This document shows positions 17,521 through 27,735 of a DNA stretch of 64,000 nucleotides, piece after piece. The DNA is from a virus, in IMG/VR virus record IMGVR_UViG_3300029911_000010, positions 40,428 through 104,427 of that record; one strand, written 5' to 3'. A program made the position numbers and the translations under genes. Under the pieces are notes generated by a model. It saw only the letters and a list, made by a program, of their open reading frames with translations. It had not been told where the DNA came from and made no database searches. How positions within the stretch are numbered: the first letter of the stretch is position 1; the number at the start of each line of letters is the position of its first letter.

Positions 17521-20500
17521 TCACGGGTTGTTACTGGCGGCTGGGTTCGGACGAACGACTCGCCCAATTTGCTGCCCCATCGAGTTTTGAGCTGTCCAAT
17601 CGATCCAGGCCCCTGGTGTTTTAGCTGCCTGCTCTTCCAACTTGGCGACGCGAAATCGGTCAAAATCCCACAATGTCTTGCGGGCAGCCTGTTGCCCGGC
17701 TCCGTGATCCGCCGATGCGAACATGTCTCGCGGGTCGGTTCCCCCGGACCATCCGCCGGCCGTGTCTTGTTGTATGCGATCAGTGACGCGACGGGCTCCG
17801 CCGAATAACGCTTCGCCTAGACCGCCTCCGATAGTCTTGACGCCGGTTGTTCCAGTCGGCGTAACATTGGCCAGCGCTTTTACACCGGCAGGGATTTCAA
17901 CGACTGGATTAAACGAATGACGCGTAGGAGTCATTCGCTTACTCTCGTCGTTGATCTGCATACCGGTGCCGACTGCGTAGTTCACTCCCATGCGCAAAGG
18001 CATACCTTCGATCGACCCGTCCCAGTTGCTGACACCGGTATAGTCTGCTCCCCGATTCAACGCTACGCGGGCGTCTGTGCCGGCATCGCCGAAAACACGA
18101 GCAGGGATGAACGTCGTCGGCATGGCAGCTGTCATGCCAGTCATGCCCAAATTCATTCCATCACGCCAATTGAACTTGCTTGGATCTTTCCACGTCTCGT
18201 CGCTGATAGGATCGATCAATGAACGATTGACCTCCTCGTTGGCCGCCACCGCCCCTTCGGTCGAATTTATCTGGTTGACACCTTCCATAACCCACGGAAT
18301 ATACGGACTTAACTTGTTCAATGCAGCACCGGTACGTGAAACGCCTCTGGCGAAAGGCGTCATCTTGGCAAACTGTTCGACGTTTCTCGTAGCATTCCCT
18401 GTCCAGGCAAAACGACTCATCGGCATATATCCGCCGCTGGTGCCACGTGCCAGGTTGCTGCCTAACCGGTAAGTGTTGGCAGCTCCAGCCGCTGCCGGCG
18501 CTGCCATGCGATTCCATGCAACCAGACGAGCAGCGTCAACTGCGACAGGTGCCATCAATGTCATCCGACCGGCGTGCAACATTTGACTCGTGCGTTGATC
18601 GGATATACCGCGTTCACGCATCAGCTGATCGTATTTGGTAGACTTAGTCTGTTTCGTCAAATCCAGTAACTGCTCGGCCTGGTTTGTCGTCTGTGTAAGC
18701 TGATCCCACAGTTGTTTGCGTGTTTCGTAGTCAGCGCCGCTGGACTGGTTGTACTGCTGAATCAACTGATTTCGCTGTGCAACAGCGGCATTAAGCTGAT
18801 TGTCCATGGCGACGATCTGAGGATCGGCTTTCATCTGCTGAGTCACCTCAGCCATAATTTTGAGAGTGTCCGGCGACGGCTGCGACTCTTCGGCGGCAGG
18901 AGTCGGAGTTGACGGAGTCGTAGCTGCCGGAGCAGGCGGTCCCATGACCGGGGCCGCCGGCGTCGGGGCCGGAGCCGCCGGCGCTACCACCGCAGGCTGC
19001 GGGGCAGGAACTGCAGGGACTGGCGTCGCGGGCGGGGTCGGACTTGCAGGAGCAACTGATGTCGACAACGGAGGTAGCTGAGGCCGAGATGGCTGCTTTG
19101 CCAGACTGCCGAGCCAGCGCTCGGGATTGTCGAGGTGACCGTCTGTTTCACGTTGCTGTCCTCCGAATAGTCCTTTTGTCAGCGAACCCAGAGCGCTGTA
19201 GTCCAAATTGCCAAAGATCGCCGCCGGAGCCAGCGGTCCCAGTTTGTTGATCAGCGGGGCTTCCATGCCCAGCATCTTGCCCCCCATCAGCGAATTAGGG
19301 CTGTAGCTGTCAAAGAAGTGTTGCGGCTTGTACGGCTCGGGCTTCGGCGCTGCAGAAGCTAGCGGCGATGCTGGAGCGGTCGGAGCCGTAGGAGCTGAGA
19401 TCGATCCGCCAGCCGGCTTGCTGCCGTCCGTGGCAGATCCCCCGGAGCCGCCGCTTAACTCGGCGCTGACTTTGAGACCAGCCTCCGGCGTGTGAATCAA
19501 GCCCTGCCGCCCAAAGTCTACTGCCTTAGCCAGGCTGGGCACGAAGCTGGTGCCTTCTTCGTCGCTGACTGCGCCGCGATGGGCAGCGTCCAGCAACGAG
19601 CCCTTGAGACCCGATCCATACATACGGACCATCCAGTCCGGGTCTTGTGCCAGGTTAGCCATGCCCCGAACCATCTCGGCCTTGAAAGGCGGTGGCTTGT
19701 CGTGAACCTTGACCTTCTTGACGCCGAACTCCGCCAGATCCTTCTGCACGGACGGGCGGATCTTGGTGCCGATCGAGTAATGCAACACCGGCTTCTCAAG
19801 ATACTTGTCGCGGGCCAGCGACGGCTCTACATCCTGAGCGTCTTTGCGGGGTTCGTAGATGTGCTCCAGCGTTGAGTACGGCACCATGTCGTCGGGAACG
19901 TATTCGCCCATCTCATCCGTCAGTCGAACGTGATTGATCAGTCCACGGCTCAGCAGCTCGACGTTGCGGCGGTGAGCCTTGATGCCGGCGTTGCTCATTG
20001 CGTCGCCAAACACCTTGGTGAAGTACCGCCGGCCTTCGCCAATGCCCTTGTGTTCTACCACCTTGGCGGGATTGGGCCAGCCCTCGGAGATCACGTCTCC
20101 GGCTTCCACCCGGTCACCGGGGTTGACAGTGAGGTTATGACCAGCCGCAACGTAGTGTCGCTCGCCGCCGATCCAGGCGTACTTGCCGCCGGCCGGAGCA
20201 TCTTCGGATCGTCCCACTGGTCCGTCCACTTCACTGTGAGTGGCACCGCCCTTGAACACTTTAGGCACCTGGATCATCTGACTGATGGTATCAAAGCCGC
20301 TGACCGCCTTGCCCTCGCCGGCCACGCCGCCGGTGTGCTTGGAACTGAGCTGTGCCTGACTCAAAGGCTCGCTGAACGCCTGGACGGCGGCCAAGCCCGG
20401 CAACTCGCCCCTACCCGGCAGCGTACCGTTCTCCCGCACGCCGGCATCGCGGGCATAGATGCCACCTTCGATGCTGCCGCCAATGATCGGGCTACGCACC

Positions 20501-22488
20501 AGGATGCGACCCAGACCACGGTGTTTGAGGTCGGCGGCGATCTTGGGCGTGATAACCGTGTTGCGTTTATACGGCCCCGTGTCCTTGGCCAGCAGCGCTC
20601 CTTCATTGTCCGGATCTTCGGTGTCGACCGGCATCCCCCGCATGTTATCGCGGTTGTCGCCTTGATTCTCGTGATCATTGTCGACAACGACCAGCCGGTG
20701 AGCTACCTGGTTGAGCTGCTTAGAGTTCGAGACGATCGCCCCGTTGGCAAGGACGAACAGGTGGTCCGGGTGGTCTACTTCGATGTCGTAGGTTGGCACC
20801 ACGCCGACGTACTCCTTCTCGACGTAGGAGTAAACAAAGTCGTCTTGACGGGTCTGCGGTTCCATCCCTTGCAGCAAATCAGCCAACACCTGGGCTTTGC
20901 GACCGGGCAGCGGGATGTATCGGGCGAACTTGAGGATCGAGTCGCGGTTGTTGATGACGATGCACCACCCGTCATGGTTTCCCTTTTCGGCGACATCGAC
21001 CCGTCGTATCGGACAGGAGTGGATGCCGAACCGTAGGGCCAATAGATCGCGGACGGTATAGACCATGATCTCTGACGTCATCGTGAGGATGATCGCGGGG
21101 ACCGTCGAGTTATTGGTCAGCGTGACGCATCCGTCCGATTCATAGACGCCAGCGATCATCGCCGCGACGGATGGGTTGTCCCATCGGTACGCCTCGGACG
21201 GGACGCACTTCTCGTGGGCGAACTTGCCGAGCACACCCAGTTTCCGCAACCAAGTTCGCAGCCGGTTCCGCTGTCCGTGCCCGGTACGTTGCCGATCTAG
21301 GACGGCGTATTCGTAGGGGTGGCCTTCGCCTCGCCATCGCAGTTCCAAACCCAAGGTGATCAAGTAATCGCGTAGGTAGTCGACGAGGACCTGATCGGCG
21401 GTCGACAGGTAGACCGTACTGCCCGTCAGGCCACCGTCCCCTAGCAATAAGCCCAGGAGCAATGCGCGAGGCTCGGACGAGCCTATGGCCCGGTCGTAAC
21501 CGTCGGCAAGTCCTTGGATCGGAGTCAGGCGGAATCCGAATCCGGCCCGGCTCAAGGGTAGCTGCGTCGGCGTGAGAATCGAGTTCTTGTCACCATGTGT
21601 CGTGCCGGCCCGACCACGCCGCATTGTCGCCAAGACCTTATGGTTTTCGGTTGCCTCGACTGTGATAAATGAGTCACGGGCCTTGCCAACGCGGAAGCGA
21701 TAACGCCACACGTCCTTCGGCCCGTTGTCGAATGCGGCTGTGACCTTGACGGGGAACGTATGACCGGAGGCATCGGCCCCCAAGACGAAATCACCTGATT
21801 TGAGCTGCTCAATGTTACAGGACTCGCCATACGGTAGTCGCACCTGTGTGCCACGGGCCAAACACAGAAAGCCCGCGTCCTGGGTGGCAAACTTGACGTC
21901 TATGACGCCCTTACGGGCACCGTAGGAGCCGGCCCAGTATTCCCAGGGGCGAAGACCCTCGCTGTAGCTCCGCATGACCGGCACCGGAATGACGTTGCCC
22001 CGGTGATCGGCGTAAAGCATATCCGAGCCCAGGAGGCTGGACAGGTTCATCTTGTTGCCCCGGCCAGCGCCGGCCAGCTGGTGAGCCAGGGGATTGTCGT
22101 TGGCCTTGGCTTCGTTGAAGACGGCTTCCTGCTGCTCTTTCTGTCTGTCGCCGACCGTGCGGATCAACAACTGCTCACGCTTGTTATCGTCCAGCGTGTC
22201 GTCGTCTAGAATGCGATGGATCTTGGGTTCAATCTGATTGCGAAAGTCGGTTGATGCCTGGCTCTTGCGCAGATGCCTGAGACCAAACGAAAAGCCTCCC
22301 GTATCCTGGGCCACCTGCCGGCCGATGTTGGCAATCTTGTGGGAGATATCGCGATAGCGGTCCGGGTACCGGCGGGCTACGTCGCCAAGAAGCTTGCCCA
22401 GCGATTTTTTATCCAAGGTGCGATCGTAGTCTCGCATGTCCTCGGGAAGGGCATCGTTGACCAGAAGTTGTCCCAGGGTCGTCTGCAC
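17521..22488 (-). CDS. rpoC: Phage RNA polymerase beta-prime C-terminal subunit with intein and long C-terminal extension
   Basis: SYSEGL..EYW..SYGARKGVID..ATQDAGFL (bridge helix) and AVQAFSEPLSQAQLSSKHTGG (trigger loop). Confidence 0.85.
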   Translation of the reverse strand: MQTTLGQLLVNDALPEDMRDYDRTLDKKSLGKLLGDVARRYPDRYRDISHKIANIGRQVAQDTGGFSFGLRHLRKSQASTDFRNQIEPKIHRILDDDTLDDNKREQLLIRTVGDRQKEQQEAVFNEAKANDNPLAHQLAGAGRGNKMNLSSLLGSDMLYADHRGNVIPVPVMRSYSEGLRPWEYWAGSYGARKGVIDVKFATQDAGFLCLARGTQVRLPYGESCNIEQLKSGDFVLGADASGHTFPVKVTAAFDNGPKDVWRYRFRVGKARDSFITVEATENHKVLATMRRGRAGTTHGDKNSILTPTQLPLSRAGFGFRLTPIQGLADGYDRAIGSSEPRALLLGLLLGDGGLTGSTVYLSTADQVLVDYLRDYLITLGLELRWRGEGHPYEYAVLDRQRTGHGQRNRLRTWLRKLGVLGKFAHEKCVPSEAYRWDNPSVAAMIAGVYESDGCVTLTNNSTVPAIILTMTSEIMVYTVRDLLALRFGIHSCPIRRVDVAEKGNHDGWCIVINNRDSILKFARYIPLPGRKAQVLADLLQGMEPQTRQDDFVYSYVEKEYVGVVPTYDIEVDHPDHLFVLANGAIVSNSKQLNQVAHRLVVVDNDHENQGDNRDNMRGMPVDTEDPDNEGALLAKDTGPYKRNTVITPKIAADLKHRGLGRILVRSPIIGGSIEGGIYARDAGVRENGTLPGRGELPGLAAVQAFSEPLSQAQLSSKHTGGVAGEGKAVSGFDTISQMIQVPKVFKGGATHSEVDGPVGRSEDAPAGGKYAWIGGERHYVAAGHNLTVNPGDRVEAGDVISEGWPNPAKVVEHKGIGEGRRYFTKVFGDAMSNAGIKAHRRNVELLSRGLINHVRLTDEMGEYVPDDMVPYSTLEHIYEPRKDAQDVEPSLARDKYLEKPVLHYSIGTKIRPSVQKDLAEFGVKKVKVHDKPPPFKAEMVRGMANLAQDPDWMVRMYGSGLKGSLLDAAHRGAVSDEEGTSFVPSLAKAVDFGRQGLIHTPEAGLKVSAELSGGSGGSATDGSKPAGGSISAPTAPTAPASPLASAAPKPEPYKPQHFFDSYSPNSLMGGKMLGMEAPLINKLGPLAPAAIFGNLDYSALGSLTKGLFGGQQRETDGHLDNPERWLGSLAKQPSRPQLPPLSTSVAPASPTPPATPVPAVPAPQPAVVAPAAPAPTPAAPVMGPPAPAATTPSTPTPAAEESQPSPDTLKIMAEVTQQMKADPQIVAMDNQLNAAVAQRNQLIQQYNQSSGADYETRKQLWDQLTQTTNQAEQLLDLTKQTKSTKYDQLMRERGISDQRTSQMLHAGRMTLMAPVAVDAARLVAWNRMAAPAAAGAANTYRLGSNLARGTSGGYMPMSRFAWTGNATRNVEQFAKMTPFARGVSRTGAALNKLSPYIPWVMEGVNQINSTEGAVAANEEVNRSLIDPISDETWKDPSKFNWRDGMNLGMTGMTAAMPTTFIPARVFGDAGTDARVALNRGADYTGVSNWDGSIEGMPLRMGVNYAVGTGMQINDESKRMTPTRHSFNPVVEIPAGVKALANVTPTGTTGVKTIGGGLGEALFGGARRVTDRIQQDTAGGWSGGTDPRDMFASADHGAGQQAARKTLWDFDRFRVAKLEEQAAKTPGAWIDWTAQNSMGQQIGRVVRPNPAASNNP
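20725..21864 (-). mobile_element. Intein with LAGLIDADG endonuclease (380 aa) in the bridge helix
   Basis: AGFL|CLARGTQV...TYDIEV..DHLFVLANGAIVSN|SKQL; LLGLLLGDG and IAGVYESDG blocks. Confidence 0.9.
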
Positions 22489-22575
22489 CGTTCATTGCCT
22501 ACTCTGCAAAAATTGATTTGTAATAGGCGACCGCCGTCTGGAGTCCGGCGGCCGCCTCATGGATTCCCCCGCAAA

Positions 22576-23595
22576 TCATTTCTCGTCCATGTCATTGGAC
22601 AAATCAGCCAACGGATCGTGCCGTTCAACCGCAACCGGCTCGGCGGATTCAGCTTTGGCGGCCGCCACCACCGGATCTTCGTCTGCCGCCGACTGCGTGG
22701 GCACCGTCTGCACCTGCACGGTTTCTTTCTTGCCCTTGGGCCGCTTGCCGCCCTTGCCGATCGGGCCGTGGGGCCTTTCGCCCTCCAAACCCATCGCGTT
22801 GTGGGCTGCCGTCACTACCGGGTCCAGTGACCGGCCCGTGCTGACCGGCACTGAGTCGTCTTCGGCCATCCCCTCACCGCCCTTGACGAAGGAGGAAAAG
22901 TCGCCCAGCTGCACTGCCGACGAATCGGGCTCTTCGACAATCGGGGGCGGCCGCACCTTGCCGAACATCTGCCGGGCCAGGTCGGCTCCGTCCTTAACCG
23001 CCGGCACCAGCTTGATGCGCTGGGCCTGCTCTTCGGTGGCCCGACTGCGAGCGATGCCCAAATCGATCGCCGCCTGAATGCGGCGCTCGCACTCAGGCGT
23101 GAACACTTCCACATAGATCGGATGCGTGCCGCCGTCTGCTAAGGCCGCGAAGATCGCGTCAGCGGCTGCCGTAACGCCGCTCTTATCCTTCACGCGGATC
23201 GGCGTGACCACGTCACCAGCCCCGGCAGCCTGGTATACCTGTCCGGCAATACGAGGATCGCGACGGGAGTCGGCCGGCACCAAGGTGCCATCCCGCATGC
23301 GCTTGAGGGGTTCCATGGGAACGTCCACCGGACCTTTGGGCTGCCCCATCTGGCTACGGGCCGAGCCTCCCGAGCGGTAATACTGATCCGTGTTGGTATC
23401 GCCGGCCAGCTGCACCGGCGTTCGGGCAGTCTGCAACGGACCACCGGGTCGACCACGTCGGGTCATGGCGTTTCGGTTGTTGATTGCCGACGCTCCTCGG
23501 GGAGCGTAGTAGGCGGCATCCGCCGTCATGTTCGGATTGCGGGGTGCCCCCGAGTCGGCGACTTGCACGACAGATGGGGCTTGTTGCTTGGCCAT
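22576..23595 (-). CDS. Hypothetical low-complexity protein
   Basis: AAGGAG SD; 339 aa. Confidence 0.6.
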   Translation of the reverse strand: MAKQQAPSVVQVADSGAPRNPNMTADAAYYAPRGASAINNRNAMTRRGRPGGPLQTARTPVQLAGDTNTDQYYRSGGSARSQMGQPKGPVDVPMEPLKRMRDGTLVPADSRRDPRIAGQVYQAAGAGDVVTPIRVKDKSGVTAAADAIFAALADGGTHPIYVEVFTPECERRIQAAIDLGIARSRATEEQAQRIKLVPAVKDGADLARQMFGKVRPPPIVEEPDSSAVQLGDFSSFVKGGEGMAEDDSVPVSTGRSLDPVVTAAHNAMGLEGERPHGPIGKGGKRPKGKKETVQVQTVPTQSAADEDPVVAAAKAESAEPVAVERHDPLADLSNDMDEK

Positions 23596-23606
23596 GAATG
23601 AACTCC

Positions 23607-23921
23607 TTAAAAACCGCCAGGCTTGCTGATCAGCGAAGCCCCGGATGGCGGCTGCGGCAGCGACAAGCGGTCAACGATGACCTTGTGCCGTCCGTAACCT
23701 AGATTATGAAGCGTACGATTAAACTTTTCCTGGCCTTCACCGGCATGGCAGACGCTTATAGCGCCCTGCGTGCCGTACTCCGCTGCAACGACAATTGGCG
23801 TACCGTCGTCGTTGAACGCCAGGAACTGGGATGCGTCCAGCTCCAACGGAGGTTCACCGATTCTGGAAATGACGTGCAGCTTCATGCCTACGCCGCCGGC
23901 TTGGTGTTTCGAGCATTCCAA
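23607..23921 (-). CDS. Hypothetical protein; probable start at MKLH (23885)
   Basis: Fits the operon geometry. Confidence 0.5.
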   Translation of the reverse strand: MECSKHQAGGVGMKLHVISRIGEPPLELDASQFLAFNDDGTPIVVAAEYGTQGAISVCHAGEGQEKFNRTLHNLGYGRHKVIVDRLSLPQPPSGASLISKPGGF

Positions 23922-24601
23922 AAGGCACGAATAGCTGACGCCCGATTGCTGACCTGACCCAGCTTCTCGGTGTCAAACGCCTGACCTTCGGCCGCATAGG
24001 AAGCGCTCTTGCCGCCGGCCAGTTGTGGGCTTGCGCCCTGCATCGGCTGAATCGGCGAGATGGCACTGCCTGGGCCTGCGCCGCCAGCTCCGCCGGCCCC
24101 GCCAGCTGGACCACCAGCCGCGCCGGTCTGTTGCTGCATGCCGAAGTTGGTCAAATCGCTCTGGGTCGCCACCATCTCACTGGCGGGGATCTGGACGCCC
24201 AGCGTGTCGGCGATCTTGGCCAGAATCTTGAGGATCTGCAACAATGTCACGTTGACGTCGATCTTGGGCTTGATCGGCTCCATGCCGCCACCGCCGCCGC
24301 CCATGCCTCCTTGCGACTGGATCAGCTGCATGACCTGCTGGACGATTGCTCCCGTGTCGGGAGGCGGAGGCGGCGGAGGTGCCCCGCCACCACCACCGCC
24401 GGAGGGATCGCCGCCGGGAGGGGGAGCAGCGCCGGGAGGAGCGCCACCACCGCCACCGGGAGGAGCGCCAGCGCCGCCACCTGCCGCTGACGGGTCCATT
24501 GCCGGATCTCCGGCCGGGACAAACGCCTGCTTAGAAAAACCAGCCACAGCCTGAATGGCCATGGCGATTGCTTCGGGATTGACAAGATGCTGGTTGCTCA
24601 T
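23888..24601 (-). CDS. Gly/Pro-rich putative virion protein (scaffold-like)
   Basis: Start at ATG 24601; KQAF, KIAD, KSAS; PPGGDPSGG motif shared with 6736..8064. Confidence 0.6.
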   Translation of the reverse strand: MSNQHLVNPEAIAMAIQAVAGFSKQAFVPAGDPAMDPSAAGGGAGAPPGGGGGAPPGAAPPPGGDPSGGGGGGAPPPPPPPDTGAIVQQVMQLIQSQGGMGGGGGGMEPIKPKIDVNVTLLQILKILAKIADTLGVQIPASEMVATQSDLTNFGMQQQTGAAGGPAGGAGGAGGAGPGSAISPIQPMQGASPQLAGGKSASYAAEGQAFDTEKLGQVSNRASAIRAFWNARNTKPAA

Positions 24602-24643
24602 GATTCGCTTCCTTGCGAAAGTTACCGTCCGTGGACGTATTTT

Positions 24644-24672
24644 AGTGTAACCGGCTCGGCGCAATCCGCCAA
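24644..24672 (-). promoter_or_regulatory. Sigma70-like promoter
   Basis: TTGGCG-17-TACACT. Confidence 0.5.
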
Positions 24673-24678
24673 GCTCGT

Positions 24679-27600
24679 CTATTTTTGCTCTTCCAGAATG
24701 TGAACGGCGTCGCCGATTTCGATCTCTTTATTCAACCACGAGGCGATTGCATCCGCCTTGGACCGAAACGTGCGCTCAGGCCGTTTGCTCTTGTTGGTGC
24801 TGGCTGCGTAAATCCCGCCGACATACTCCTGACTGGGCACATGCACCGGCGACTTGAAATCCGCCGGGCTCAAAAGCGAATGGCTGGGCAGCATCCGTTC
24901 CAGGGCTTCGACGCGGGCGGCTTCGTCGGTGGGAACGTGATACTGCATGGCGTCGCCGTCGAAGTCGGCGTTGAATCCCTTAACCACCAGCGGAGAGATC
25001 TGCAGTGTGCTGCCTTTAGTCAGCCTGGGGCGAAACGCCATGATGCCAAAACGATGCAGCACCGGAGCCCGGTTGATGATGACCGGGCGTTCGCCCATTT
25101 CTTCTTCCAACGCCTTGCGGGCCAGCTTTCCTTTGTCCTTAATCTCCTGTAACGCTGCCATCATCGGCATGCCCTGTCGTTTGAGCCGCCGCACGACGAA
25201 CCGGCTGTAGACGTCAAAAGCCCGATCCTCGGGCAAGCCGACGCTGTCCATGTCCAGGTCCGGGTTGGGCGTTATGACAGCCCGACCAACGTTGTCCACC
25301 GTGCTGGAAATCAACTTGCGCTGGACAGTGCCGAACTTGGGGCTGGAGCCGAAGATGCTTCTGAGAATGCCGTGAACTTCTTTGTCCCTGCTCTGCTGTG
25401 TAATCGGCTCCCCCAGACCGGTGACTGCCTTGAAGGCGTTATAGACAGCCAGCCGCTCAGCGCCGACACCTTCGTCGCCGAGCTGCTGCTTCATCTCGCC
25501 CAGATTCTTGTCAGCCTCGTGCAGTTCCTTGTAGAGAAAATTGGGATCGTCCACCAGCGGCACGTTGCTGCCGCTCATCAGACTGACGGGGCGAAACTGC
25601 GGCGGCAGCACCGGCACGCGGCTCATCATCCAGTCCTTGGGATGAATGCCCAGCCTCTTGGCGCTCTTGAGATAGCCCAGCTTGCGAATCGCCGCGTCAC
25701 GACTGGATTTGCTGCCGTGCTCGATCGTCGCCCTGACCTTGGCCAGCTCGCTGTCGACGTTGACCTTGCCCAGCGCCTTGGCGATAGCCGAAGGTCCGGT
25801 CCCGTAGTCGGGCAGGGTGTGCTTGCCCGCCAGCGTGTCCTCGAATTCATTGCCGGTCAAACCCAGCACACGGCGGATGGGTTCTTCCATCACCGGGTTG
25901 GGCATCGCCTCGCTAAGCGGAACGGCTGCCCATTTAGTACCGTGATGGCCGCCGGTCAGCTCTGAGTCGAACAAGCCGCCTTCGATCGGTTCCAGTCCCT
26001 TGTCGAAATGCACCGTGTCGCCGTGCTTGAGGTTACGATCGCCGGCCAGAGTGTCGACGTCCTTGTCGGTCATCGCCATGACGTGCAGCTGCGAGCCGTC
26101 CCGCACGACGTTGATGCCGGAGGCTTTAAGCTGGGCGATGAACTTGTTGTACACCATCGGAACGCGGGGTTCCCTGGGCGTGAAGCCTTGCATGAACTGC
26201 AGCCAGTAGTCGTCGTTCTTCTGCCCGCGAATGGCCCCGGCGTCCCGCAGCACCTGTGTGGCCCCGTGGCTAAGCAATGCGTTGGAGTCCAGCAGGGAGA
26301 TACGCTTAGAGCCTGTTTCGCCGCCTTTGGCCGGCGTCTCATCAGACGAGTAAGCGCCGCCGCCACGCCCCTGGCCTTTACTTTCGGCGGTGTGGTGCAG
26401 CTTCATGAAAAACCGGTTGCCGGTGTAGACTCCGTGGATCGCCTTGCCGCTCTTGGGATCGATTACGTCCTCGGTGTCGGGCAAGCCGTGCTGCTGCATC
26501 AGCTTTTCAACCCAGGCGATGCGATCGGGGATGTTCGGGTCCCAATCCTCCGCCTTGAACGATCGGCCGGTCTTGGCGGCAATGGCTCCCAGCTTGGCTT
26601 CCGCCCACTGAGCGGGGTTGGTGTTGCCGGCGATCAGCATTTTCCCGTTACGACGGGTGACGACGTACCCGGTCGGTACAGTGGGGCAGTACACCGTACC
26701 GTCGTATTGAACCTTCTTCCAATTCTGTGCCTCCAGTACCCGATGCTTTTTCAGGTAGATGGCCGTACGCCACATACTCGACGCAGGCTGCAACGCCACG
26801 TTAGACGATACGCCTTGATAAATCAGCAACCGTTGAAGATCCGCCGCAAGACGAGGCGACATCGTCCCTGCGCCAGTATAATCACGAGCACGCTCTGAGC
26901 TATCCTTGCAGCCGTCGCCGGCCAGGTAGCCATCAAGAAACCGCTGCCGCGTGGCTGGACTCTGCTTGAACACCCACTCCGGGATGAACTTGTCGGCACA
27001 CAGTCCCAGTCCGAGCGACTTGATATAGTCACACAGCCGTTTTGAGGTAACGTGGAATTGCGTGTTATCTTCGTTGTAGTTCCACGCGAACGGCAGCCGC
27101 TTCAACAACTTGACGATGTGCCGGCAGTTAGCTGCATTAGCCGAATGACTTTGGGAGACGTGGACCTTGTCGTCGACGTTGCCCTCAGCGACGTACCATC
27201 CCAGGAACTCGGCCCAATCGCCGGGGTCGATCTCGATCAGGCTCCGGTCACTGCGGCTGTCCTTAGTTTGTCGGTCAATCTGCGGCAGCACGAACGGCTC
27301 GTCCGTGCCTTTGACCGGATTACCGGCAACGGGGACAACCCAGTCGTGGAACGCTATGCGGGAAGCGGGCACCTCTTGCCATGTTGCTCCAGGGTAGCCG
27401 CACTTGGCCCACATACGGTGGTTCGGCGTGACACAGAAGTCCATCAGCTTGTTCTGAAAACGTAACATCGGCCCCTTGTACGGGGCGGCGTGGAACGCCT
27501 CCAATTGGTCCAACAGGTAAAGATTGCCAGTCGGCGTGTGATAGCACGCGAACCGATCTGCGGTCGTGACGTCTTTCCCGAACACCCAGCCTCGTTCGGT

Positions 27601-27735
27601 AAGGAACTCCGTTTGGTCGTCGTAGCACCTGCTAATCACACCTAAAGGATTTAACAGAACCTCGTACGGCTTGCCGCCATTGTCGTGTGGCATCTGGGCG
27701 TCGGGGATGATCGAGGAGACGACACCTTTATCACC
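24679..27735 (-). CDS. RNA polymerase beta C-terminus fused to beta-prime N-terminal catalytic half (in-frame continuation after TGA at 27736-27738)
   Basis: DKGVVS, LNPLGVISR, MKLHH, PVLPPQFRP, NRAPVLH, and NADFDGD at 24952-24972. Confidence 0.9.
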   Translation of the reverse strand, partial: GDKGVVSSIIPDAQMPHDNGGKPYEVLLNPLGVISRCYDDQTEFLTERGWVFGKDVTTADRFACYHTPTGNLYLLDQLEAFHAAPYKGPMLRFQNKLMDFCVTPNHRMWAKCGYPGATWQEVPASRIAFHDWVVPVAGNPVKGTDEPFVLPQIDRQTKDSRSDRSLIEIDPGDWAEFLGWYVAEGNVDDKVHVSQSHSANAANCRHIVKLLKRLPFAWNYNEDNTQFHVTSKRLCDYIKSLGLGLCADKFIPEWVFKQSPATRQRFLDGYLAGDGCKDSSERARDYTGAGTMSPRLAADLQRLLIYQGVSSNVALQPASSMWRTAIYLKKHRVLEAQNWKKVQYDGTVYCPTVPTGYVVTRRNGKMLIAGNTNPAQWAEAKLGAIAAKTGRSFKAEDWDPNIPDRIAWVEKLMQQHGLPDTEDVIDPKSGKAIHGVYTGNRFFMKLHHTAESKGQGRGGGAYSSDETPAKGGETGSKRISLLDSNALLSHGATQVLRDAGAIRGQKNDDYWLQFMQGFTPREPRVPMVYNKFIAQLKASGINVVRDGSQLHVMAMTDKDVDTLAGDRNLKHGDTVHFDKGLEPIEGGLFDSELTGGHHGTKWAAVPLSEAMPNPVMEEPIRRVLGLTGNEFEDTLAGKHTLPDYGTGPSAIAKALGKVNVDSELAKVRATIEHGSKSSRDAAIRKLGYLKSAKRLGIHPKDWMMSRVPVLPPQFRPVSLMSGSNVPLVDDPNFLYKELHEADKNLGEMKQQLGDEGVGAERLAVYNAFKAVTGLGEPITQQSRDKEVHGILRSIFGSSPKFGTVQRKLISSTVDNVGRAVITPNPDLDMDSVGLPEDRAFDVYSRFVVRRLKRQGMPMMAALQEIKDKGKLARKALEEEMGERPVIINRAPVLHRFGIMAFRPRLTKGSTLQISPLVVKGFNADFDGDAMQYHVPTDEAARVEALERMLPSHSLLSPADFKSPVHVPSQEYVGGIYAASTNKSKRPERTFRSKADAIASWLNKEIEIGDAVHILEEQK
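26623..27627 (-). mobile_element. Intein with LAGLIDADG endonuclease (335 aa)
   Basis: VISR|CYDDQTEFLT...VYCPTVPTGYVVTRRNGKMLIAGN|TNP; FLGWYVAEG and FLDGYLAGDG. Confidence 0.9.
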
